This document shows, piece after piece, positions 20,512-28,846 of a stretch of DNA of 64,000 nucleotides (the first letter of the stretch is position 1; every line of letters begins with the position of its first letter). The DNA comes from an uncultured Chloroflexia bacterium. GTDB taxonomy: Bacteria; Chloroflexota; Limnocylindria; Limnocylindrales; CSP1-4. Where the stretch lies: positions 282,870 through 346,869 of the forward strand of contig CAVQIZ010000007.1 in NCBI GenBank assembly GCA_963712735.1. Direction: 5' to 3'. A model generated the notes under the pieces. That model made no database searches and had not been told where the DNA came from. It worked only from the letters and a program-made list of their open reading frames with translations. A program made the position numbers and the translations under genes.

Positions 20512-21475
20512 TCAGCCTCCTGCCAGCTCGCGCGCGGCGGCGGCGATGCCGTCGGCGGTCAGCCCGGCGTGCTGCAGCAGGAACTCCGGGGAGCCGGTCG
20601 GGCAGAAGCCGGGGAAGCCGAGGATGCGCATCGGCACCGGGGACTCCGTGACCACCACCTCCGCCACGGCCCCACCGAGGCCGCCGCGCACGATGTGCTC
20701 CTCCGCGGTGACGATGCTGCCGGTCTCACGGGCAGCGGCCAGCACGGCCTCGCGATCGAGTGGTGCCACCGTGGCCATGTTCAGCACGCGTGCCTCGATG
20801 CCCTCTGCCGCCAGCGTCGTGGCAGCGCTGAGCGCCCGCGCCACCATGACGCCGTTGGCGATGATGGTCACGTCGGCATCCGTCGCGCAGGCGTGCGGCC
20901 ACGCCGATGCGGAAGCGATAGTCGGGCGCATGGATGATGGGCACGCCGATGCGGCTGGTGCGCACGAAGACCGGGCCTTCATGCTCGTAGGCGGCCCGGA
21001 TGGCCTGGACTGTCTCCACCGGATCAGCCGGCACGATGACGCTGAGCCGGTCGATGACGCGCAGCCAGGCGATGTCCTCGATGGAATGGTGCGTGGGACC
21101 CAGCTCACCGTAGGCCACGCCGCTGCTGACGCCAACGAACTTGATGTTGGCCGCGCTGTAGGCGGCATCCACCTTGATCTGCTCCAGCGCGCGGGCGGTG
21201 AGGAAGGGGGTGGCGCCGCAGACGAAGGGGATCTTGCCGCCGTTGGCCAGGCCAGCGCCCACGCCCACCATGTTCTGCTCGGCGATGCCGACGTTGACCA
21301 CCTGGCCCGGCAGCACCTTGTCCAGCTTGGTGACCTTGGTCGAACCCAGGGAGTCGTTCACCACGGCCACGACCCGCGGGTCTGCCTGCGCCAGCTCGAC
21401 GAGCGTATCGGCAAAGGCGTCGCGGCAGTCGTAGAGGTCGGCAGGTGCGGCGTGCGCAGCGGCCTGGGCGCTCAT
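20512..21475 (-). pseudogene. transketolase C-terminal (pyrimidine-binding) subunit, one frame break
   Basis: MSAQAAAH... GIAEQNMVGVGAGLA ... GPTHHSIEDIAWLR, then ...RLRDG / ADVTIIANG rejoin when one base near 20880 is deleted. The ATG overlaps the TGA of the N-terminal subunit (ATGA). Confidence 0.85.
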
Positions 21476-22323
21476 GCACGGCCCCCTTCCAGCTCTGCCA
21501 CGGCCCGCGCGTACTCTTCGTCGGTGGGCACGCGGTGGTGCCACTCCTTGCGGTCCTCGATGAACGAGACGCCCCGCCCCTTGGTGGTGTTGGCGATGAC
21601 GCAGTTGGGCTTGCCGGCCTCGAAGGGGAGCGCGGCGAAGGTGTCCAGCAGCGCGGCGACGTCGTTGCCATCGGTCTCGCGCACGGCCCAGCCGAAGGCT
21701 TCGAATTTGGCCGGCAGCGGGTCCAGCCCCATGGTCGTCTCCGTGCGGTCACCCTGCTGCAGCCGGTTGCGGTCGACGATGCAGACGAGCCGGTCCAGGC
21801 CGAAGTGTCCGGCTGCCATGGCTGCCTCCCACATCGAGCCTTCCTGCAGCTCGCCGTCACCGGTGAGGACGAAGGTGCGCCGCTCGGAGCCGTCCATCTG
21901 CCCTGAGAGCGCGATGCCGACCGCCACCGGGAAGCCGTGTCCCAGCGGGCCGGTGTTGGTCTCGACACCGGGGACCTTGTTGCGATCGGGATGGCCGTTG
22001 AGGCGCGAGAGCGGGGCCAGCCAGGTGTCGAGCTCGGCGACGTCGAAGTAGCCGGCCATGGCCAGCGTGGTGTACAGCGCTGCCGCCGAGTGGCCCTTGG
22101 AGAGGACGAAGCGATCGCGCTCGGGATCGGTCGGGTTCGTCGGGTCATAGCGCAGCACGCCGCCGAAGTAGAGGGTGACCAGGATGTCCATCGCGGAAAG
22201 CTCGCCACCGACGTGTCCCATGCCCGCGCTGTGGACCATGCGGATGTCTCGCAGCCGCGCCTCCGCCGCCCGCCGGCGCAGAGCACCCGCCTCGTCGCTG
22301 CTGGCTGCGTTCGCCGCCTTCAT
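21472..22323 (-). CDS. transketolase N-terminal (TPP-binding) subunit
   Basis: 283 aa from the ATG at 22323. Motifs GMGHVGGELS, SKGHSAAALY, GPLGHGFPVAVG, LTGDGELQEGSMWEA. Confidence 0.9.
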   Translation of the reverse strand: MKAANAASSDEAGALRRRAAEARLRDIRMVHSAGMGHVGGELSAMDILVTLYFGGVLRYDPTNPTDPERDRFVLSKGHSAAALYTTLAMAGYFDVAELDTWLAPLSRLNGHPDRNKVPGVETNTGPLGHGFPVAVGIALSGQMDGSERRTFVLTGDGELQEGSMWEAAMAAGHFGLDRLVCIVDRNRLQQGDRTETTMGLDPLPAKFEAFGWAVRETDGNDVAALLDTFAALPFEAGKPNCVIANTTKGRGVSFIEDRKEWHHRVPTDEEYARAVAELEGGRA

Positions 22324-22332
22324 CCGTCCCCC

Positions 22333-22396
22333 TGAATGGATATTCATGTACGTATGGCCAGTACGCAATATACCCATGCGCTACTGAATACGTCAA
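22333..22396 (-). promoter_or_regulatory. near-consensus promoter plus 5'-UTR inverted repeat for the transketolase/ABC operon
   Basis: Read on the minus strand: TTGACG (22396-22391), 18 nt, TATATT (22372-22367). The inverted repeat TGAAT-GGAT-ATTCA (22333-22346) lies between the predicted TSS and the ATG. This is the most AT-rich stretch I saw in the window. Confidence 0.5.
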
Positions 22397-22479
22397 GGCC
22401 TTCAGGATAGCAAACGATTGCGCGTGCGTCGCGGTGGTGCTTCAACCGTCATCGCGCGGACAGGAACGTGCGTGTGCGC

Positions 22480-23964
22480 CTACTCCGGCCGCAGCGTCGT
22501 GCGCGCCACGGCGGCGCGCCAGCCGTCGTGGAGCTGATCGCGTAGGGCAGCCGCCATCGTGGGCTCGAAGCGGTCGACGGAGCGAGGCAGAGCGGCGATG
22601 TCCGCGGTCGAGGCCCAGACGCCGGTGGCCAGCCCGGCCAGGTAGGCCGCGCCCATGGCCGACAGCTCGGCGGTGTTGTTGCGCTGCACGGGCACGCCCA
22701 GGATGTCGGCCTGGAACTGCATCAGCTGCTCGTTGCGCGTCACACCGCCATCGGCCAGCAGCACGCGCAGGGAGCCGGCACTCGACGCCTGCATGGCATC
22801 GAAGACGTCCCGCACCTGGTAGGCGATGGAGTCGACGGCCGCCCGTGCCAGCTGCGCCAGTCTCGAACCGCGGGTGAGGCCGCTGATGAGGCCGCGTGCC
22901 TGATCGTCCCAGTGGGGTGCGCCCAGCCCGACGAACGCCGGGACCAGGTAGACGCCATCGCTGCTCGGCGTTCGCCCGGCGAGCTCGGCGACGTCCGCTG
23001 GCCCCGACAACCCGACGAAGTCGGCCAGCCACTGGACCGCGGCACCGGTGACGTTGATGTTGCCCTCGAGGGCGTAGACGGTGCGCTCAAGGCCCCAGGC
23101 CACCGTGGCCGCCAGCCCGGCGCTGGACGTCGGCCGCGTCGGCGTGGGCATCATCAGCGAACTGCCCGTGCCGTAGGTGGCCTTGATCGAGCCCGGTTCG
23201 AAGCCCGCGTGACCGAAGAGGGCCGCGTGCGAGTCACCCACGAGGGAGCCGATGGGCACGCCGGCCGGCAGGGCGCCGAGGGCGACGGTCGTGCCGAACC
23301 GCCCGCTGGACGGCCTGATCTCTGGCAGCGCTGCGAGCGGCACGCCGAACGCCTCCGCCAGCCACGGGTCCCAGGCCACGCTGGCGAGATCCATGAGCTG
23401 CGTGCGAGAGGCATTGCTGGCGTCGGTGGCGTGGATGGCACCGCCGGTCAGGTTCCACAGCACCCACGAGTCGACCGTGCCCAGAAGGACCTCGCCGGCG
23501 GCGGCCCGTGCCGCGCCGTCGGGCGCCTCATCGAGGAGCCAGCGCCATTTGCCGGCGGTGAACCCTGGGTCCAGCGGCAGGCCGGTCCGCTTCTGGATCT
23601 CGGCAGCCCGACCAGCACCGCGCAGCCAGTCGCAGAGCTCGGCAGAGCGGCGGCACTGCCAGGTCACCGCCGGCCCCAGCGGTGCGCTCGAGCCCGCGTC
23701 CCAGGCCACACCCGACTCGCGCTGGTTCGAGATGCCGATTCCGGCAAGGGCAGGGGAGCCGGCCGACACGAGCACCTCGTCCATGCACTCGCGGACCGCT
23801 CGCCAGATGGCGGCTGCGTCCTGTTGCACCCAGCCGGGCTGTGGGTACTCGATGTCCATCGGCCTGGACGCCAGTCCAACGACCGCGCCGTCCGCGTCGA
23901 CGAGGATGGCCTTGGTGTTGGTCGTGCCCTGGTCGATGGCCAGGATGAGCTGCTCGCTGGACAT
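22480..23964 (-). CDS. FGGY-family carbohydrate kinase (glycerol-kinase-like)
   Basis: 494 aa from MSSEQLILAIDQGTTNTKAILVD. Motifs PQPGWVQQDAAAIW and the C-terminal LLADGGVTRNEQLMQFQADILG. Confidence 0.9.
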   Translation of the reverse strand: MSSEQLILAIDQGTTNTKAILVDADGAVVGLASRPMDIEYPQPGWVQQDAAAIWRAVRECMDEVLVSAGSPALAGIGISNQRESGVAWDAGSSAPLGPAVTWQCRRSAELCDWLRGAGRAAEIQKRTGLPLDPGFTAGKWRWLLDEAPDGAARAAAGEVLLGTVDSWVLWNLTGGAIHATDASNASRTQLMDLASVAWDPWLAEAFGVPLAALPEIRPSSGRFGTTVALGALPAGVPIGSLVGDSHAALFGHAGFEPGSIKATYGTGSSLMMPTPTRPTSSAGLAATVAWGLERTVYALEGNINVTGAAVQWLADFVGLSGPADVAELAGRTPSSDGVYLVPAFVGLGAPHWDDQARGLISGLTRGSRLAQLARAAVDSIAYQVRDVFDAMQASSAGSLRVLLADGGVTRNEQLMQFQADILGVPVQRNNTAELSAMGAAYLAGLATGVWASTADIAALPRSVDRFEPTMAAALRDQLHDGWRAAVARTTLRPE

Positions 23965-24044
23965 GATGATTCGAGGATACGCGCGGCCGTGCGCAGTCGT
24001 ACGGTTGGTGATGCAGGCCATGGACCGAGGAGGAGCAACGCCCG

Positions 24045-24881
24045 ATGACCACGCAGTACGTCGCCGTCTACGGTGACCCCGTCGAAGGCAACCCCACGTC
24101 GATCATGCAGAACGCCGCCTTCGAGCACGCCGGCCTCGACTGGCGCTACCTGGACATCCGCGTGCCGGCCGAGGACCTGGTCGAGGCCATCAAGGCAGCC
24201 CGGGTGCTCGGCTTCGGCGGTCTCAACCTGACGCTGCCGCACAAGGTGGCGGTGATCCCGTTGCTGGACGGCGTGGAGCCTTCAGCCGAGATCAGCGGCG
24301 CCTGCAACACCGTCGTGCGCCAGCCCGACGGGCGCCTCATCGGCTCCAACACAGACGGCTCGGGCTTCGTCTGGTCGCTGCGGGACGCCGGCGTCGACCC
24401 GGCTGGGCTGGACGTGGTGCTGCTGGGTGCGGGCGGTGCCGCGCGGGCGGTTGCGGTCGAGCTGGCGCTGGCCGGGGCCGCGCGGGTGGCCGTGGCCAAT
24501 CGCAGCGCCGCCAGGCGCGACGACCTCGTCGGCATCCTGGGCAGCCGGACGTTGGTGGAGGCGGTCTCACTGCCCTGGGAGGGCACGCTCGCGGTGCCAG
24601 CCTGTGACGTGCTCGTCGACTGCACGCCGGTGGGCATGGGCAGTGGCGAGGCAGCCGAGCAGCACGTCGACGTCGACCTGACAGCCCTCTCGCCCACCAC
24701 GGTGGTCTGCGACCTCAACCCCGAGCGGTCGGACACCGCATTCCTGCGGCTGGCCCGGTCACGTGGCCACCGCACGCTCGATGGCCTGGGTATGCTGGCC
24801 CGCCAGGGCGCCGCCGGCTTCACCGCCTGGACCGGAGAGGCGGCGCCGCTCGCGGTGATGATCGACGCCCTCGGCGGGTAG
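24045..24881 (+). CDS. aroE: shikimate dehydrogenase family protein
   Basis: 278 aa. Motifs GFGGLNLTLPHK, ACNTV, NTDGSGF and the Rossmann motif VLLGAGGAARAVA. Confidence 0.85.
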   Translation: MTTQYVAVYGDPVEGNPTSIMQNAAFEHAGLDWRYLDIRVPAEDLVEAIKAARVLGFGGLNLTLPHKVAVIPLLDGVEPSAEISGACNTVVRQPDGRLIGSNTDGSGFVWSLRDAGVDPAGLDVVLLGAGGAARAVAVELALAGAARVAVANRSAARRDDLVGILGSRTLVEAVSLPWEGTLAVPACDVLVDCTPVGMGSGEAAEQHVDVDLTALSPTTVVCDLNPERSDTAFLRLARSRGHRTLDGLGMLARQGAAGFTAWTGEAAPLAVMIDALGG

Positions 24882-24888
24882 GAACGAC

Positions 24889-24926
24889 GACGTCCGCCCG
24901 ACCCGGTTGGGTCTGCGGCGGACGTC
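24889..24926 (+). terminator. hairpin terminator after aroE
   Basis: GACGTCCGCC ... GGCGGACGTC 10-bp stem extended by GACCC-GGTT-GGGTC, followed by GCTTCGTGCTT. Confidence 0.55.
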
Positions 24927-24966
24927 GCTTCGTGCTTGCCGGGTCGACCCGGCGTCGTGGGTGCGC

Positions 24967-25477
24967 CTAGGAGGCGTCGGGCTTGCCCATGCCCGGAGCG
25001 GGCTTGGCGTTGGCAGCTGCGTTGGCCGCCTCCAGCTGCTCGATGGCGGCGATCTGCTCGGGCGTCAGCCTGGACTTCTCGTTCTCGATGAAGGCCTGCT
25101 GGACACCCGGGTAGCTGAGGTACAGGTAGATGAAGCCTGCGAGGAGCCAGGGGATCGTGGACGCCTCGACCGAGTTGCCGAACAGCAGGGCGAAGAAGCC
25201 CCAGATCAGCGTGAACAGGCTGATGAACAGGCCGAACTGGACGGCGTAGGCACGCAGGTTCCAGAAGCCCAGGGCGACCCAGATCCAGATGGCCGCGATC
25301 AGCAGGGCCCACAGCGCGGCGACCCCACTGCGGGTTCTGGAAGGACATATCCCCGAAGCGGTCGTTGTCGATGGGGAAGTTAACGATGCCCAGGTACACG
25401 ATCATCATGTATAGCTGGTACAAGCCTGCCAAGCCGGCTCCCGCTGCCAGCAGGATCACCCCGATGGGTCGTTTCAT
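24967..25477 (-). pseudogene. small membrane protein, one frame break
   Basis: GGGAG upstream of the ATG at 25477 (MKRPIGVILLAAGAGLAGLYQ...FQNPQW). Deleting one G of the TGGGG run near 25330 continues it as VAALWALLIAAIWIWVALGFWNL...IENEKSRLTPEQIAAIEQLEAANAA, with a stop at 24967. Confidence 0.55.
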
Positions 25478-25792
25478 GGAGTCCACTCCCTTGTGTGTGA
25501 TTGTCCGGCGCCAGCCAGGTTGTTGGCACGGAGCATCCCGGCTGCAGCCGCCTTGTGGTGTGAGCGTAGCAGTCCTGAGGTGCGGAACATCATCCAAAGT
25601 GGAGGATGGGCCGGCGTAGGTGGCCACGGTGCCGGGCGACTGCTCCGCCGTGGTCCCTCTGGTGCGCTGCGGGGACGTCCCGAGTACACAAGTGTGGCGT
25701 CGGCGCACCAGAAGCTCGGCCCAGCGCCGCGGCCGGCACCGGAATCGGCAGTCGTGCCGCCTACACTGGCGGTTCTACTGCCAGGAGGAACC

Positions 25793-26626
25793 ATGTTCAG
25801 TCAGTCCGCGGACGAGCCTGTGGCCGATCAGTCCCCAGCTCCGATCGGCATGCGCGAGCTGCCCCCGCAGCCGGCCAAGCCCGTGATGCCGGCCTACGCC
25901 ACCTCCACGCCCGAGTCCGCTGCCGACGACGTGGGACCCAGCTCCGACGACTCCGTCATCGCCAGGGATGACCACTTCGAGGGCACGTTCACCTCGCGCG
26001 GCACGGTCGTCGTGATGGGGTCCGTGAAGGGCCGCATCGAGGCCGTGCGACTGCGTATCGAGGACGGCGCCAGCGTCGATGCCGACGTCATCGTCGACGA
26101 GGCCATCGTCGCGGGCGAGTTCACCGGCAACCTGACCTGCCGACAGCGCCTGGAGGCCCGGGCCAGCGGCCGCATCAACGGTCGGGTCGAGACCTTCAAG
26201 CTGATGCTCCACGAGGGCGCCTCCGTCGAGGGTGAGATGCACATGCTCAGCGAGACCCCCAAGGATGCGTCGGAGACGATCCGCGGCAGCGCGCCGCTGC
26301 GTGGCGAGACCGCCGGCGAGCCGGCGGCCAAGGCCAAGCCGGAACCAGCGTCGGTCGTTCCTGCCGGCCCGGCGGCAGTGACGCCCGCTGCGACCAGGCC
26401 CGCCCCCAACGTGGCACCCGCGAGTGACAGCACTCCCAACGCGACTGCCAGCGCCGCGCCGGTGGCAGAGGCCACGAGCGTGCGCTCGTCGTTCGCGGAG
26501 ACGTTGCGCGCCGAGACGCTGCAGATGCGCGTGGCGCCGCGCGCCACGACCACCTCGCGCGGCTATGGCAGCCCTGCTCGCAGCAGCAGCGGCGTCCGGA
26601 ACGGCGGCAGCGCGACAGGCTTCTAG
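25793..26626 (+). CDS. bactofilin (polymer-forming cytoskeletal protein, DUF583)
   Basis: AGGAGG 5 nt upstream of the ATG at 25793. Core FEGTFTSRGTVVVMGSVKGRIEAVRLRIEDGASVDADVIVDEAIVAGEFTGNLTCRQRLEARASGRINGRV, flanked by Pro/Ala-rich tails. Confidence 0.8.
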   Translation: MFSQSADEPVADQSPAPIGMRELPPQPAKPVMPAYATSTPESAADDVGPSSDDSVIARDDHFEGTFTSRGTVVVMGSVKGRIEAVRLRIEDGASVDADVIVDEAIVAGEFTGNLTCRQRLEARASGRINGRVETFKLMLHEGASVEGEMHMLSETPKDASETIRGSAPLRGETAGEPAAKAKPEPASVVPAGPAAVTPAATRPAPNVAPASDSTPNATASAAPVAEATSVRSSFAETLRAETLQMRVAPRATTTSRGYGSPARSSSGVRNGGSATGF

Positions 26627-26674
26627 CCAGACCCGGGTCCACCCGCCACCATCGGGCGGGCGTAGACTCGGGCG

Positions 26675-27817
26675 ATGAGCACAGACGCATACGCTGCGGC
26701 GCGCGCCGCGCTCGAGGCTGCCCACCCCGAGCTCGTGGAGCTCTCGCACCGCATCTACCTGAACCCAGAGGTGGGCTTCGAGGAAGTCCAGGCAGCAGCC
26801 TGGCTCACCGAGTCACTGGAGCGCGCCGGGTTCGAGGTGCAGCGCGGCTACGCAGAGATGCCGACCGCGTTCGTGGCCAGCATCGGACCGGGCCCGCTGC
26901 ACATCGTCATCTGCGCCGAGTACGACGCGCTGCCCGCGGTCGGCCACGCCTGCGGCCACAACGTCATCTGCACCGCGGCCCTCGGCGCGGGCATGGCGCT
27001 GGCCCCACTGGCCGCGGAGCTGGGCCTCAAGATCACCGTCCTGGGGACGCCGGCAGAGGAGAGTGGTGGTGGCAAGCTCGGGTTCATCGAGGGCGGCTTC
27101 TTCGAGGATGTCCACGCCTCGATGATGGTGCACCCGTTCCCGCAGGACGTGGTGACGCCGGCCATCATCGCCGTGCAGCAGCTGGAGGTCACCTATCGCG
27201 GTCGTGCCGCCCACGCCTCCGGCTTCCCCTGGCTGGGTATCAACGCCGCCGACGCCATGGTCATCGCCCAGACGGCCATCGGGCTGCTCCGCCAGCAGAT
27301 CCTGCCGAGCGACCGCATCCACGGCTTCGTGACCAAGGGTGGCGATGCCTCGAACGTCATCCCCGAGCTCACCACGGCCGACTTCATGGTCCGTGCCGGC
27401 AGCAGCGAGCGTCTCGAGGAGCTGGTCGGGCTGGTGCGTAACTGCTTCGAGGCCGGTGCCCTGGCCACCGGCTGCAGCCTGGACCTGACGCCGGACGTGG
27501 CCTACAAGGAGATGCGTCACGACCCCGACCTGGCGGAGCTGTATCGCCGCCACGCCGAGTCGCTGGGCCGTTCGTTCGCGCCGGAGTCCTCGCCGGTCTC
27601 CACCGACATGGGCAACATCTCGCACGAGGTGCCATCCATCCACCCGGCACTGGGCATCGAGACGCACGGCGCAGTCAACCACCAGGCGGAGTTCGCCGAT
27701 GCCTGCGCCACGCCCTCCGCCGACCAGGCCATCTTCGACGGGGCGCTCGCCATGGCGCTGGTCTGCATCGACGCCGCCCGCGACGAGGCGCTGCGGGCAC
27801 GCCTGCTGGCGAAGTAG
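26675..27817 (+). CDS. M20 family metallo-hydrolase (AbgB / amidohydrolase-like)
   Basis: 380 aa. Motifs EYDALPAVGHACGHNV and GTPAEESGGGK, plus a dimerisation-domain pattern. Confidence 0.85.
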   Translation: MSTDAYAAARAALEAAHPELVELSHRIYLNPEVGFEEVQAAAWLTESLERAGFEVQRGYAEMPTAFVASIGPGPLHIVICAEYDALPAVGHACGHNVICTAALGAGMALAPLAAELGLKITVLGTPAEESGGGKLGFIEGGFFEDVHASMMVHPFPQDVVTPAIIAVQQLEVTYRGRAAHASGFPWLGINAADAMVIAQTAIGLLRQQILPSDRIHGFVTKGGDASNVIPELTTADFMVRAGSSERLEELVGLVRNCFEAGALATGCSLDLTPDVAYKEMRHDPDLAELYRRHAESLGRSFAPESSPVSTDMGNISHEVPSIHPALGIETHGAVNHQAEFADACATPSADQAIFDGALAMALVCIDAARDEALRARLLAK

Positions 27818-27882
27818 GGAAGAGGGGCGAGCCGAGGCCATCGCGCCTGTCCGTGCCAGGAGCGCGCCATAGCCTGCTGCGG

Positions 27883-28770
27883 CTATTCCGCGCGCAGCAC
27901 CAGGATGTGCTGGTGGACGATGTTGGGCACGAAGGCGTGTGGATAGCCGTACGGCCGCAGGCGGGTGCCGGCCTGATACCAGATGAGGTCACCCTTGGTG
28001 ACGAAGCCGTGCGGCTCGGCGCGAGCCGCCAGGTCGGACGCCACGAAGCGATAGCGTCCCTGCTGGTAGGCGTCGCGCACGATGACCACGGCATAGCGCC
28101 TGGGGCGCAGCACGCGCCGCAGCTCCCCGAAGAGTGCGCCCATGCGCTCGAGGTACTCGCCGTAGCTGGCGCTGTTGGCCAGGTCGGCCGGATCGTCGGT
28201 GACCATGGCGTAGTCGGTGCGCCGGTTGGCGAATGTCTCGGCCAGGGCACCGCCGGACATCGTCACCTTCAGCTGCGGGTTGTAGGGCGGATCGGTGGCC
28301 ACGAGATCCACGCTGGCATCGTCGAGGTCGCGTACCAGCGACATGGCGTCGCCCACCAGCAAGCGGCAGCCTGATGGGTCGAACCGGCGCGGCCCGCCGG
28401 GGTCGTTGTCTCCCAGGTCGCTGAGCAGCGGGCCAGTCCCGCCGTTCTGGGCCGCTGCCGCATCCACGACCTCCTGGTACACCGCGGCCCAGCGGGGCTC
28501 GATCTCGAAACCCACGGCCCGTCGTGGCGTCCGGCAGATGCTCGCACCCAGCAGCGTGCCGCCCACCCCGGCGAAGGGATCGAGCACCAGCTCTCCACCG
28601 CGCGTGAAGAACTCGATCAGCCGCGCCATGAGGCGTGGTGGCTTGTTGGCGCCGTGCGACTTGCGCTCGCGATGGCCCAGCTCGGAGGGGTAGGCGGTCG
28701 TCAGCAGCGACTTGGTGAAGTAGAGCCACTCGTCACCACCGAGCTCATTGAGAGTGTTGTTCGGGTGCAC
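27883..28770 (-). CDS. DNA methyltransferase (N4/N6 type, PF01555-like) with permuted motif order; start uncertain
   Basis: Motif I block HGANKPPRLMARLIEFFTRGGELVLDPFAGVGGT precedes the catalytic VDLVATDPPYN. The tail GDLIWYQAG...HQHILVLR follows. The longest ORF reaches 28962, but it overlaps the divergent regulator start, so I placed the start at the GTG at 28770. Confidence 0.8.
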   Translation of the reverse strand: MHPNNTLNELGGDEWLYFTKSLLTTAYPSELGHRERKSHGANKPPRLMARLIEFFTRGGELVLDPFAGVGGTLLGASICRTPRRAVGFEIEPRWAAVYQEVVDAAAAQNGGTGPLLSDLGDNDPGGPRRFDPSGCRLLVGDAMSLVRDLDDASVDLVATDPPYNPQLKVTMSGGALAETFANRRTDYAMVTDDPADLANSASYGEYLERMGALFGELRRVLRPRRYAVVIVRDAYQQGRYRFVASDLAARAEPHGFVTKGDLIWYQAGTRLRPYGYPHAFVPNIVHQHILVLRAE

Positions 28771-28846
28771 CGGTCTCGCGGCTGGGTTTGCCTCGCTGTC
28801 AGTCACCGGACGAAGTATGTGGCACACGGCGTCTATGCTCTGCGGC

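Noticed and set aside
24146-25708. 520-aa minus-strand ORF
   Set aside because: It is a composite of the aroE antisense shadow plus the out-of-frame tail of the small membrane gene. Only 24967-25477 (frame-corrected) is credible.
25478-25792. 315-nt leader upstream of the bactofilin gene as a riboswitch or sRNA
   Set aside because: I could not recognise any known riboswitch core or a convincing conserved-looking structure. The 121-aa ORF 25606-25971 is Arg/Gly-rich nonsense.
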